DNA from: Bugula neritina
Lineage: Eukaryota > Animalia > Bryozoa
DNA: 64,000 nucleotides
Assembly: GCA_964035545.1 (NCBI GenBank)
Contig: OZ037767.1
Coordinates: 21,406,628-21,470,627, forward strand
Reading direction: 5' to 3'
Shown: positions 53,094 through 64,000 of the stretch, one piece after another
Layout: each line of letters starts with the position of its first letter
How positions within the stretch are numbered: the first letter of the stretch is position 1
Notes under the pieces: generated by a model
What the model saw: the letters and a program-made list of their open reading frames with translations, nothing else
What the model was told of the DNA's origin: nothing
Database searches by the model: none
Made by a program: the position numbers and the translations under genes

Positions 53094-56000
53094 ATGGGCA
53101 TCTTACTTGACGTGATGTTCCTAGCCATTCTTATGGGAGATGGTGTTTCTACAAGTGGTAAGTGCATCATAATTACTACTACTAGTACTACTAGCCCTAG
53201 GATGAACTGGTACTAGTAGTAGTTGGGCACATCATTAACCTGGTGTTGACTGTTGATCTGTCTTTGGTGTTGCTCATGCTGATATTCGTTGCAGGAGTTA
53301 ATGTAGCACGTTAGTATTACATAATTCAGTGTGGAGTAAATACCAAATAACATGCAGTTATACTTATATCTACTCATTACTGTCATAGTGTTATACTTAT
53401 AGTTATACTTTCAGCCTTAGTCTTGTAAATTTAATTTTGCAATAAATGCTTTTAACTTACAAATAACATTAACATTGCCAAGTACAGTTCATCAATGTAA
53501 TTAAGTTTATTTAACAACGTAACTGCTGTAAGTTTATTGATCAGTGGATAGGTTTGGTAGCCTTTTTCTTCTAGTTGCTCTACTCACTGCTTGTAATGTG
53601 CCAGATATCATGTAGATACTGGGATCTTTGCATAAATATGTTCCTACCAGTGTAGTGCAATATCACATTGTAAATATATTCCCATATTTTAATAAATTAT
53701 CATACCCTAATACATTATCATATTTTAATGCATTGCTATTATATATTAATGCATTGTTATTATATATTAATGCATTGTTATTATACAATAATAGTAATAG
53801 CTGTTCCCATGCAGAGTAATCTGAAGTTCAATCAACTACGAACTTGTGTGGTAATCCATCACCTCTGTGCTGTGTACCACGAGCACTACTTGCCACATTT
53901 ATCTTGGGTGTATATGCATATAGTGGTGTAATCAATATTAACATCTTGCGTGTTTAGTTTCATTCATAAAAATACTGCTGCGGCCTCCAGGCTTTGGTTG
54001 ATAACTAGAGAGTAATTACTGGACAAAGTATACACATTATCTCTTCAGAATGTGCTAATTGTTTTGCATGTTCCCAATATGTCTCCCTCTTCCACAGAGC
54101 TAGTTGGACTTGTACTAGGGAACTTACTTGGAATCAGACTATTTTAGTTACTTGAGCTGAACTTATCAAGTTGCTTAGACTTAAACCAGTGGAGTTACTC
54201 AGATTTGAATTAGTGAAGTTCCTTTAGTTGGTAGGACTAATTGAATTACTTGGACTTTGTACTAGTGGAGTTACTTGTAGAGTTACTTGAACTAGGGGAG
54301 TTACTTCTAGAGTTACTTGGACTAGTGGAGTTACTTGGACTAGTGGAGTTACTTTGTACTAGTGGAGTTACTTGTAGAGTTACTTGTAGAGTTACTTGGG
54401 CTAGTGGAGTTACTTTGTTCTAATCTAGTAGTCTAGCTAGTGTAGTATTCTATGTACTCTACCAGTTGCACTGTAAACTCAACATCTGTTACCAAATGGA
54501 TATCAACAGTTAACAGATAATTGATATATAGCTGGCATCTGCCTTGCTAATTACTCTGTAAAACATGTAAAAGCTGGAGCCGTACTTCGCTGTTGATATG
54601 TTTCTAGGCTTGGGAATAGTCGATTTCACAGACTCTGCGTGCTTCGTGGGTGATTGAATTTACTTGAGGGTTTCTATGATATGAAATAAACACTCGTCTG
54701 GAGTAGATGCTTTCCATTGTCCTGCTAACTCGTTTCTTAGCAAACCTCTCAAATAATTCTCCCTAGCACTCTTGAACCATAGTACTAGCACCCTGTAGCT
54801 GTGGTAATAGCACCCTGTAACTGTAGTACTAGCACCCTGTAGCTGTAGTGCTAGCACCCTGTAGCTGTAGTACTAGCACCCTGTAGCTGTGGTAATAGCA
54901 CCCTGTAGCTGTAGTACTAGCACCCTGTAGCTGTAGTGCTAGCACCCTGTAGCTGTAGTACTAGCACCTTGTAGCTGTGGTAATAGCACCCTGTAGCTGT
55001 AGTACTAGCACCCTGTAGCTGTGGTAATAGCACCCTGTAACTGTAGTACTAGCACCCTGTAGCTGTAGCGCTAGCACCCTGTAGCTGTAGTGCTAGCACC
55101 CTGTAGCTGTAGCGCTAGCACCCTGTAGCTGTAGTACTAGCACCGTGTAGCTGTAGTACTAGCACCCTGTCGCTGTAGTACTAGCACTCTGTAGCTGTGG
55201 TACTAGCACCTTGTAGCTGTAGTAGTAGCACCCTGTAGCTGCCGTACTAGCACCCTGTAGCTGTAGTACTAGCACCCTGTAGCTGTAGTACTAGCACCCT
55301 GTAGCTGTAGTGCTAGCACCCTGTAGCTGTAGTACTAGCACCCTGTAGCTGTAGTGCTAGCACCCTGTAGCTGTAGTGCTAGCACCCTGTACCTGTAGTA
55401 CTAGCACCCTGTAGCTGTAGTACTAACACCCTGTAGCTGCCGTACTAGCACCCTGTACCTGTAGTACTAGCACCCTGTACCTGTAGTACTAGCACCCTGT
55501 AGCTGTAGTACTAGCACCCTGTACCTGTAGTACTAGCACCCTGTAGCTGTAGTACTAACACCCTGTAGCTGTAGCACTAGCACCTTGTATTTGTGATATC
55601 TGGAGGATGAGTAAATTGATGTTCCAACATTGGATACTAGTATAACTTACTTTTACTTACACAATAACCATTAAACCAACTTTGCTGAGTCTGAAAAACT
55701 GACTACACATAATTTATACAAGGTGCTGTGTCTTTACTGTTATTACATATTATGTTGATACAAGAAATTAGTTAGCACTGCAAATATTTGCATAGAGCAG
55801 TCAACAAGGCTGGGCTATTGTCATATATGGCCTTATCCTTTCTCAAATTGTCAGCTTGTAATTTTATTCTGCTGAGACTTTGACTCCTGGAGCTGGTGTA
55901 TTCTGCACAGTTTTTGTTTGGTTGTAAAATATTTTTGTTAGAATAGAATAATATAAACAAAGTGCTGCTTGAATGATACAATGAGCAAGGTATGCCCACA

Positions 56001-59000
56001 TTGCATCATTCTGTTACATAACAGCACAGTATTCCTTCAGCTTTAGCTCGCTCTACAGTAGCTCTAAGTACTCAGTAACTCCAAGTACCCAGTAGCTTCA
56101 AGTACTCAGTAGCTTCAAGTACTCAGTAACTTCAAGTACTCAGTAACTCTAAGTACTCCGTATTTTCAAATACTCAGTAGCTTCAAGTACTCAGTAATTT
56201 CAAGTCTTCAATAAATTCAGGTACTCAGTAGCTTCAAGTACTAGAAAGGTTTATGTACTTCGTGATGTGCTCCTCAAACACTTAACCTATCAAATGTTTA
56301 TTGAGTTTATTTACAACTTTTTGATCAAGTTTATGCTCTTCAAGTCTGTATAGTCTACCCACCAGGTGTTAGTCTTTGCTATAACACAGACATGCAATCT
56401 TAGTTGTTTCATCTTTTTCAACTAAAATTTAACTATTTTATTTTAAAAAACCATTTTGCCGTCTTCAAGAGATGATAACTTCTTGAAGCTTTACCTGCAT
56501 TTTACTTGATGTTCCTCAACATGTTGCAATCTGCAAGTCCAGAATATCTGCAATGATGCAATCTACAGTTCTGTGAAAACTGCTAGATTGTCATAGTTTT
56601 GTTAGGAAAAGGAGTAAAGATAATCTTGAGGTAATAAATGCCAGGGAACCTCTTACTGCTGTTTATACTACTAATTGACTATGTTATAATTTGGAGGATA
56701 GAATTTCTTTCAAACTGCGTTTTCTATTCATTGTTTGAGCTAGCAGTGAAGTTATGTTTATTGACTTAGCTTGAAGAGCTTGAATTTCAAGCTAGTTGAT
56801 AACAAGTGGTGAGGATTGTGTAAGCATTATAGCATTATGTGACTATAGCTAATATTCAGATTTTATTGGATTATTAGAGAGAGAGAGGGGGGGGGGGTGT
56901 CAGACAAGTTATAGCTTAGAGTGAAATTCATCTTTCTACTTTGCAAGGCTAGAAAGATGTCACAATAAAAGATATTTGCCTCTGCATATTGCACCTTGAG
57001 AACATAATTGAGTTTTACTAAAAATCTATCAACTTATCGTGACTAGCTGAAGTTTGCTTGTGATTTAGAAAAGCTGATATTTGAGCTTGTTTGTAGCTTT
57101 CATTCTCCCAGATGGTCACTAGAGCCATTGTTATAATGCCACACCCTACAAAACAATCACACATGTGACTATTTATAAACTCAGCTAGAGGCAGGTGCTG
57201 CTGTTTTGTATGCAGCTATCTAAATTGTTTGTACAAAAAGAAGTCATTAACAACACAAAAGAAGTTAATATTGAGCAGATTCTGGTGTTGATAGTTAAAT
57301 TCATGGAATTTCTAATAACAGATAATCAGCTTGCTTATAGTTTTGTCTCATTTATGTTGAGTTTCAACAAATTGATGAGTTAATAGATAAATCATTGCAT
57401 ACAGGTGGTACAAAGTATAGTTTATGAATGCACTGTTATAGTATTACATAAAATGTACAGTACAATGTACAATGTATTATAATATATTGTAATTTAATAT
57501 AATATAATGGTATTGCAGTATAAAATATTGCAATGTGTTGTAATATATTGTCACATAACATATATATCAGTATTGTCATTGTCATCATATTATCTAGATT
57601 CATGTGAACTTGTTTTCATCCCATTTTTTATCTACCATACGTTTTAAACTGTCTTGTGCATTATATCACGTGCTATGTTACACACTACAAAGTTTTTCGA
57701 TTTAATTCAAAGTTATCTTACCTTACCCCATTGTACAGACAACTCTGAAATTTCATAAGCATCTGTTAAAGTAAGACATAGAGAGTACCAATAGCTCTAT
57801 AAAATTGACCGACAGCGGGTTATCATCAGCAGTATACACATGACGTATGAAAATCAACATATTATTGTGAGATACAATATTTTTTATGTGTGTTTTAGTT
57901 ACCAGTGATAGCCTGAGTGAACTAGAGTTCAATGGATGTGAAGGTTGGGAGGCTGTGCTGAGGTGCCCGGCCAACATGACCTTGAATATATTGGCAGCAG
58001 AGTTTGGGAGGAAGCTGCCGAGCTCTGTAATGTGTCCATATCAACATTTACCTAAGTACCAGTCCCTACCCTGGGATCCTATGACAGAGAACTTGAACTG
58101 TGTATACAGTGACGCCCTTCAGGTAACTATGCTGCCGGTATGCCAGTACAGAATATAAGTAAGTTTATAGTGTAAGTAAGTAGTGTAACTGTATAGTGTA
58201 AGTATATAATATATAGTGTAAGTATGTAGTGTAACAGTGTATAGTGTAAGTATATACTATATAGTGTAAGTATGTAGTGTAACAGTGTATAGTGTAAGTA
58301 TATAATATATAGTGTAAGTATGTAGTGTAACAGTGTATAGTGTAAGTATATAATATATAGTGTAAGTGCATAGTGTAATTATGTAGTGTAAGTATATAGT
58401 GAAATTATATAATGTAAGTATAATATATTGTGAGTGTGTAGTGTAAGTATATAATGTAAATGTATAGTGTACAGTGTAAGTGTATAGTGTAAATATATAG
58501 TGTAAGTACGTGATGTAAGTATATAACTTGTATTTGTTAGAAAGTGAAAGACCTGTGTGAAGAGAGAAAGGATTGCAGGGTGAAGGCATCATCTGACAGC
58601 ACGTTCTCCCCTGACCCCTGCCCTGACACTGGGAAATACTTGAAGATAGTTTACAAGTGCATCCCTGTACAGAGTGAGTGTATCTATACACTGTTACATA
58701 GGTACACTGTTACATAGTTACACTGTTACATAGTCACACTGTTACTTAGTTATACTGTTACATGGGTACACTGTTTCATAGTTACACTGTTACATAGTTA
58801 AACTGTTACATGGGTACACTGTTTCATAGTTACACTGTTACATAGTTATACTGTTACATAGTTACACTGTTACATAGTTACACTGTTCCATAGTTACACT
58901 GCAACATAGTTTCATTTTTACGTAGTAACACTATTACAGGGTTATACTGTTACATAGTTATACTGTTACATAGTAACACCGTTTCATAGTTACACTGTTA

Positions 59001-62000
59001 TATAGTTACACTGTTACATAGTTACACTGTTACATAGTAACACCGTTTCATAGTTACACTGTTATATAGTTACACTGCTACATAGTAACACTGTTACATA
59101 GTTACACTGTTACATAGTTACACTGTTACATAGTAACACTGCAAGCCGCACAGGTGGGTAGCTGAAGGTATAGCTGCACATTATAGTCTTCACAGGGTTC
59201 TCAGTTTATTGGTATGTCACAACATATTCACAGCGGCCTGCTTTCATTTAAATGTTCGTATCAGATACTCTTCTCATAGCAAATACCCTAATGTGTTATA
59301 CTATATTGCTTTTCTGAGCTGGAACTAGTAACCAAACTGCCAATTTCTGATGGAGAAGGAGGGAATGTTTTATTGTTAACTGCTAGCCATTCAAAAAGTA
59401 GCCTGTATATAATCTATAGAAAATATAGCTGGAATATTCACAGTTATAAGCTGAGTTAGAGTAGTTGTTTGTGTTCTACTAAATTAGGGTCTAAGTGTCA
59501 GACTGTCTGCTAGAATGAATCATACGAATTAACTATTGTCTCTAACCACCAATAAACAATGCTGAGAATAAATAGCAGACATCACTCCCTTCTCCTTCTA
59601 TCTCCCAGGATTATCAATGAGATTGGTTTGTTCGTACTGCAAGCATGTCTTTAGTCAACAATCAGTCGAGTGTTTTGATTTTCAAGAAAACAGCACCTTA
59701 AACAAACACCTGCAGTTCGTTTTATTAGCTATTAATTTTATGATAAGAACTTAGTCGACATTGTTAAAAGTTCAATCAATATGATGAAAGGTATAACGCT
59801 GGTTATTTCCCTTTAATCTTAGTGATAGATAACAGCCAATCAAAAGAACGGATTTGTAGATAGATTGACAGTTAGGCCAATAGGAGTTTGGAGTGGTACC
59901 GCTATAACACACAATAAGACGCATCATGCTGCGTTCGCTCATTCATTCATTCAACAGATAATTCAGTGGGGATTAGAACATGGTCAGGGCGATTGGTGCT
60001 TAAGTGAGGAGGGAAAGAAAACGGGTGCCCATATTTCTGCAGAGGATACAGCTACAATTCTAACGAAACTTTCTTTGAACTCTTCCAACCATCTTGTGAA
60101 GTAGTATAATATATTGATTAACCAACCACAGTTACGTGGCATTACTGGACATTCAGTCTCCAAGTACATCATGTCAGCATTGTAAACTGGCAGAGTAGAA
60201 ATGGTGTATAGATTGCTGATTTTGCTGCTGCTCGTCTGTTCAGCTGCTGTCGTAGTAGCCAATCTCACCAAGGCACCTTTTTCTACTACTAGCACTTACA
60301 CCTACAGTGAGTTGATTACCTTCAAACTATAAGTTGATATGTTATTAGGTCTAAGGATGGGAGCTTCATTTGTTTTTCAAACCTTGGAGGACTAAACCTT
60401 TTGAATTGTTGCAGCTCTAAGTACTTACCCTTATCAGGGGTGTAACTGAGGATTGTAACTCAGGGTTGTAACTCAGGGGTGTAGCTAAGGAGTGTAACTC
60501 ATGGGTGTAGCTAAGTGTTGTAACTTAGGAGCCAACCTAAATGCTAATCACTCAGTAACATAAAAAGGAAAGGATTTAGAGCTTTCGGCAAACATTAATG
60601 GAACCTAATACTTGCGATATCTTAGAAACAAACTTTTTTTTTTACATAGTTGAAATTCAAAATTCCCTACACTTATAATAAGCTATCTTCAACTTGCTGG
60701 ATTTTAGCTGGCCCATTTGGCTGCGCCATTTTGGATGTATGTATTTTTGGAATGACATTTTCGAAAGGTGGTGTTACTATAACTCAGGGGTGTGACTCAG
60801 CATGCAACCCGTTGAGTTAGCAGGAAGGACGCAGGCAACAGCAGATAGAGTATATTTGCGTACACCCTGAGTTGTTTTTCTCAGCTGCATGAATGATCTA
60901 ACAGTCCCATTGTATTTCCTTTTCTCTCAAATAATGTGAATGTGTATTCTTAGCTATACTTATTTATAACTTATACATCAAGTTACTGCCAATGCTTTTC
61001 CCAGGACCCAAAACTATGTGCTGTTGACAAAGTACACTCTACAGTGTAATGTATGCCCTCCATCAGGTGTGTTAAGTGGTTTATAATTAGTACTTGGACG
61101 CCAGTGTGTGGTCGAATATCTACTACGTATGTAAAACACTGCCATTTAACGGACCACATTTATATTATAGTATAGCTTACCTTTTATCTTCATGAATCTT
61201 ACCTGGAATTCTATGCTTACAGCAAGTAATATTTTATTGTCTGGTCCCTTTACTCCTACCCAGTCCCTAGTCCTCCTTTTATCCCTAATCTAGTTCTCAA
61301 AATTACTCCCAGGCAATAAAAAATATTGCTACTTTACAGACATTCCCTGCATTCTTTCTCATTTAATGCTTATTGCTGATGAATTTATGTATTATAAGAC
61401 AGGAATAACAATAAGAGCTAAGAGTTAGCTGTATTAGTTCTCATGATAAGCAGATGAGTCATTAGTAGGTGAGTCATTAGTAGGGGGGGGGTCATTAGTA
61501 GGTGACCCCCCCTACTAATGACCCCTTACATTAGTAAGGGGGGTCATTAGTAAGTGAGTCAACTAGAGTAGGTGAGCTAAAGCTGGAACTAATGGTGCAC
61601 AAAAATTGTTAGGAAACCAATTTGCTTTAGCTAAGATAGTGCTGTGCAATATTTTATTACCTCGTAAAATAATATGGGGCTCGACAGCCAACTGTAGGCT
61701 AAACTTCACCCATGATAAACTAGCAGTATCATGGGTGCTATTGTGGTGTATATTATATCATGTATCATGTATATCCTGTAGACAAGGAACAGTCAGAGAC
61801 GGTGTGTAAAGACGAGACGTTACAGCTATCATGTGACAAAGGAAGGCGACTTCTCATATCTTCAGTTCGATATGGATTTGATGACATGATACCTCAGGCC
61901 TGCACATCTCCCCACTTCTTGCTGTCAAATAAAAACACAGGTTAGTTAAAATATCTACATTGAGAACACAGGCTAGTTAAGTAATTATTTAGAGTTCAAT

Positions 62001-63073
62001 ACCTATATATTCAACAACAAATTTATGCTTATATAAAAACTCATGCAAGTTTATAGTCGTCATCCCTATGAGAAACCCCTGATGGAAGGGTTTTTTTGTT
62101 AAATCAGGCTAAGGACTTATCCATATGTGGCACAGGAGCAATTATGACCGGATGCTCTTCCTAAACATCACCAATGGCCTTTATCCTTCGAACCCATGAC
62201 TTCATGTTTACTAAGTCTAACACTCTAACCCCTAGACCACTGCTGCTCCCTTTCTGCTTATATGTTCAAGGCATGGCGTGTGTTGAACCATTGAAACATA
62301 ACTCTAGCTACTGATAATGCTGATACTTTGCAGAATGTTTTTCCACCAATGCTGCCATAGAAGTTGGCAACTTGTGTCACAACAAGAGGGCCTGCAATAT
62401 TAAAGCCAATGCTGAAAACTTTGGTAGTTTTTGTCCAAACATTGGGAAATATCTCAAAGTCACCTACAGTTGTGGTAAGAATGGTTATTTTGAAAAAATA
62501 TGTAGTCTTATTCGTATGTACCATATGTAGTGGTGTGTGTAGTAGTGTGTGTATTACTGTATGTAGTAGTGTACTTGGTACTGTGTGTAGTACTGTGTAG
62601 TGCTATGTATGTAGTATTGTATATAGTAGTGCTGTGTGTGATACTGTGTGTATTCAACAGTGATAAATCGCTGACTAAGTTATTACCCTATAACCATGTG
62701 ATCTGAGCATAATCTGAAATACATCATATTTACTATTAGTAACTGTAGTGTTGTTGAACCAATAACTGGGTGTTTTAGTGGATGCTACAAACTTGTATCA
62801 ATGTTTGGATTCATATAGCCCTGCAAGTTTTGTGCATTGAGAGTCAAGAGAAAAGTCAATACTATATCATTAGATTGTTTGTTTTCTTGTTGACTCTAGA
62901 TGCCAGCTATTAAATCTTAACACAGTAGCATAATAGATTCTGCACTCCATTCTACAACATTGGGAGCTGCTTTGTGGGCTTTAATTCGAATCTACTACTA
63001 ATTTATGTTTTTATTTCAGTACCAAAAGGGCTTGTGAAACCAGACACAGCAGTCAAGGTTTCTCCTCTGAAAG
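53094..63073 (+). CDS. EVA1C: EVA-1/EVA1C-like protein: signal peptide plus two SUEL (Gal_Lectin) domains; 3'-partial
   Basis: Exons 53094-53157 (MGILLDVMFLAILMGDGVSTS, signal-peptide-like), 57899-58122, 58541-58673, 61782-61940, 62334-62474, 63020-63073; the gene continues beyond the window. Phases are consistent. SUEL motifs GCEGWEAVLRCP..AEFGRKLPSSVMC..DPCPDTGKYLKIVYKC and VCKDETLQLSC..FGSFCPNIGKYLKVTYSCVPK are colinear with EVA1C as recalled. The transmembrane region is not in the window. Confidence 0.82.
54245..54420. repeat. 12/18 bp degenerate minisatellite
   Basis: ACTAGTGGAGTTACTTGG and GTAGAGTTACTT units. Confidence 0.75.
54780..55590. repeat. 22 bp minisatellite (~36 copies), intronic
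   Basis: Unit CTGTAGTACTAGCACCCTGTAG. Confidence 0.95.
56062..56243. repeat. 17 bp minisatellite
   Basis: Unit AAGTACTCAGTAGCTTC with variants. Confidence 0.85.
58165..58525. repeat. Compound AGTGTAAGTAT minisatellite filling an EVA1C-like intron
   Basis: Visible directly in the sequence. Confidence 0.85.
58686..59140. repeat. 16 bp minisatellite
   Basis: Unit ACACTGTTACATAGTT, starting just after the donor at 58674. Confidence 0.92.
59615..60000 (+). promoter_or_regulatory. Putative internal promoter (cluster of four CCAAT/ATTGG boxes)
   Basis: GATTGG at ~59621, AGCCAATC at ~59834, GGCCAAT at ~59875 and GATTGG at ~59991, upstream of the signal-peptide exon at 60201. Confidence 0.4.
60201..60306 (+). 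CDS. Candidate alternative signal-peptide first exon of the EVA1C-like gene
   Basis: Encodes MVYRLLILLLLVCSAAVVVANLTKAPFSTTSTYTY+A with donor A|GTGAGT. Phase 1 matches the acceptor at 61782. Confidence 0.68.
62095..62246 (-). mobile_element. tRNA-derived SINE (partial)
   Basis: Minus strand GCAGCAGTGGTCTAGGGGTTAGAGTGTTAGACTTAGTAAACATGAAGTCATGGGTTCGAAG contains an A-box-like and a B-box-like (GGTTCGA) motif. It is followed by GGAAGAGCATCCGGTCATAA, resembling SINE core sequence. There is no complete tRNA cloverleaf. Confidence 0.6.
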
Positions 63074-63129
63074 GTGAGTACCATGTATATACAACATGAT
63101 ATGTATTGGTTGTTATATTAAAATGAACT

Positions 63130-63348
63130 CCTAGTGAGTTACAGTGAGACTAGTGAGTCATAGTGATAGACAAGTGAGTGATAGTGATAGATGAGTAAGT
63201 TACAATGATAGTATATTAGTGAGTCATAGTGATTGATGGTTAAGTGAGTTACAATGATATAAGAGTCGATCATAGTGATAGACTAGTGAGTCATAGTGAT
63301 AGATGAGTAGTTTATAGTGAACATGAGTAAGTAATAGTGATAGATAGT
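63130..63348. repeat. ~22 bp degenerate minisatellite
   Basis: AGTGAGTCATAGTGATAGACT variants. Confidence 0.75.
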
Positions 63349-64000
63349 GCAGCACATCTATGGTAATTGGCTGAGTGCACAAATTAGCTTTTCAATCACA
63401 AACATCTGGGGCTACGCTGACATTACTAACACCCAAAGTCAAATGCTGTTCATCTATCAATGGCTGTAAACATTTCAATAATTCTTGCACCTGGTTTTGA
63501 TTATGATGCCTTGTTTATATATATGTTACTTTTGTTGTCAAGCTAAGTACTCACAGCAGGTGTTGTGTGCCCCTTGCTTATCTCTATGCAGTGCATGCTC
63601 AGTTCTTTATCCTGGACTAATTCTAACAAACTTAAATGTGCCAGCAGCCGATAAAGATTTTCTGTCAATTAACTTACATTATAATTTTCCCTGTGAAGTA
63701 TGGTTTCATTTCTCCATAGACAGACAACTTCTCATGTTACTAGTGCCAGTTGAAAAATCTGCAATCCTGCAGGTACTGCAATAAGCCTTTTAAATTTTAT
63801 TTTATTAAAGTTGTTGTAATGAAAGTTTAGTTATAATCAGAGTTCGTCAAGTCTGACTATGGATGTTTACGCTGTTGGCAGTTCTGCTATAATCGTAAAT
63901 AGGTATATCTTGTACCCCTTAATTTTGATCACTGGTTCATACTAGTGTTGTAACAGTTAATACTAGAGAGTAGAGTAGTAGTAGTAGTTGATAGCAGGGT

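Noticed and set aside
54780-55590. Regular arrays as possible CRISPR loci
   Set aside because: Head-to-tail units with no unique spacers, no cas genes and a eukaryotic intronic context.
62170-62246. Possible tRNA gene
   Set aside because: A and B boxes are present, but the T-arm and 3' acceptor stem are incomplete and SINE-like sequence follows.
1-64000. Functional gene cluster (clock, proton channel, guidance receptor) linked by CACGTG E-boxes
   Set aside because: Gene adjacency in animals rarely implies shared function, and scattered 6-mers are expected by chance.

Overview
AT-rich animal genomic DNA with spliceosomal GT-AG introns; the invertebrate, possibly lophotrochozoan, origin is inferred. 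Four spliced genes were reconstructed by hand with consistent intron phases. (1) The 3' part of a vertebrate-type cryptochrome (+, <1-3869) with a remodelled FAD pocket and a broken Trp electron-transfer chain. (2) A 5-exon, ~473-aa gene (-, 9326-14218) resembling a catalytically dead, domesticated tyrosine-recombinase-fold protein, with an N-terminal CCCH-type Zn motif and PP1/cyclin docking motifs. (3) An ~811-aa voltage-gated proton channel (Hv1/HVCN1 family; -, 20188-34415) with a two-Arg S4 (LIWRVIR), a long S1-S2 loop containing a furin-type site, a terminal PxIxIT motif and three phase-compatible candidate first exons reaching 50251. (4) The 5' part of an EVA-1/EVA1C-like double SUEL-lectin gene (+, from 53094), with a second signal-peptide exon inside an intron. 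Introns are rich in minisatellites, several of which are tandem copies of the exon/intron junction itself. Also present: hAT, Kolobok-like and Harbinger-like MITEs, a deleted pogo/Tigger-like element and a tRNA-derived SINE. Most long ORFs in the ORF track are repeat artefacts. All protein comparisons are to sequences recalled from memory; no searches were run.
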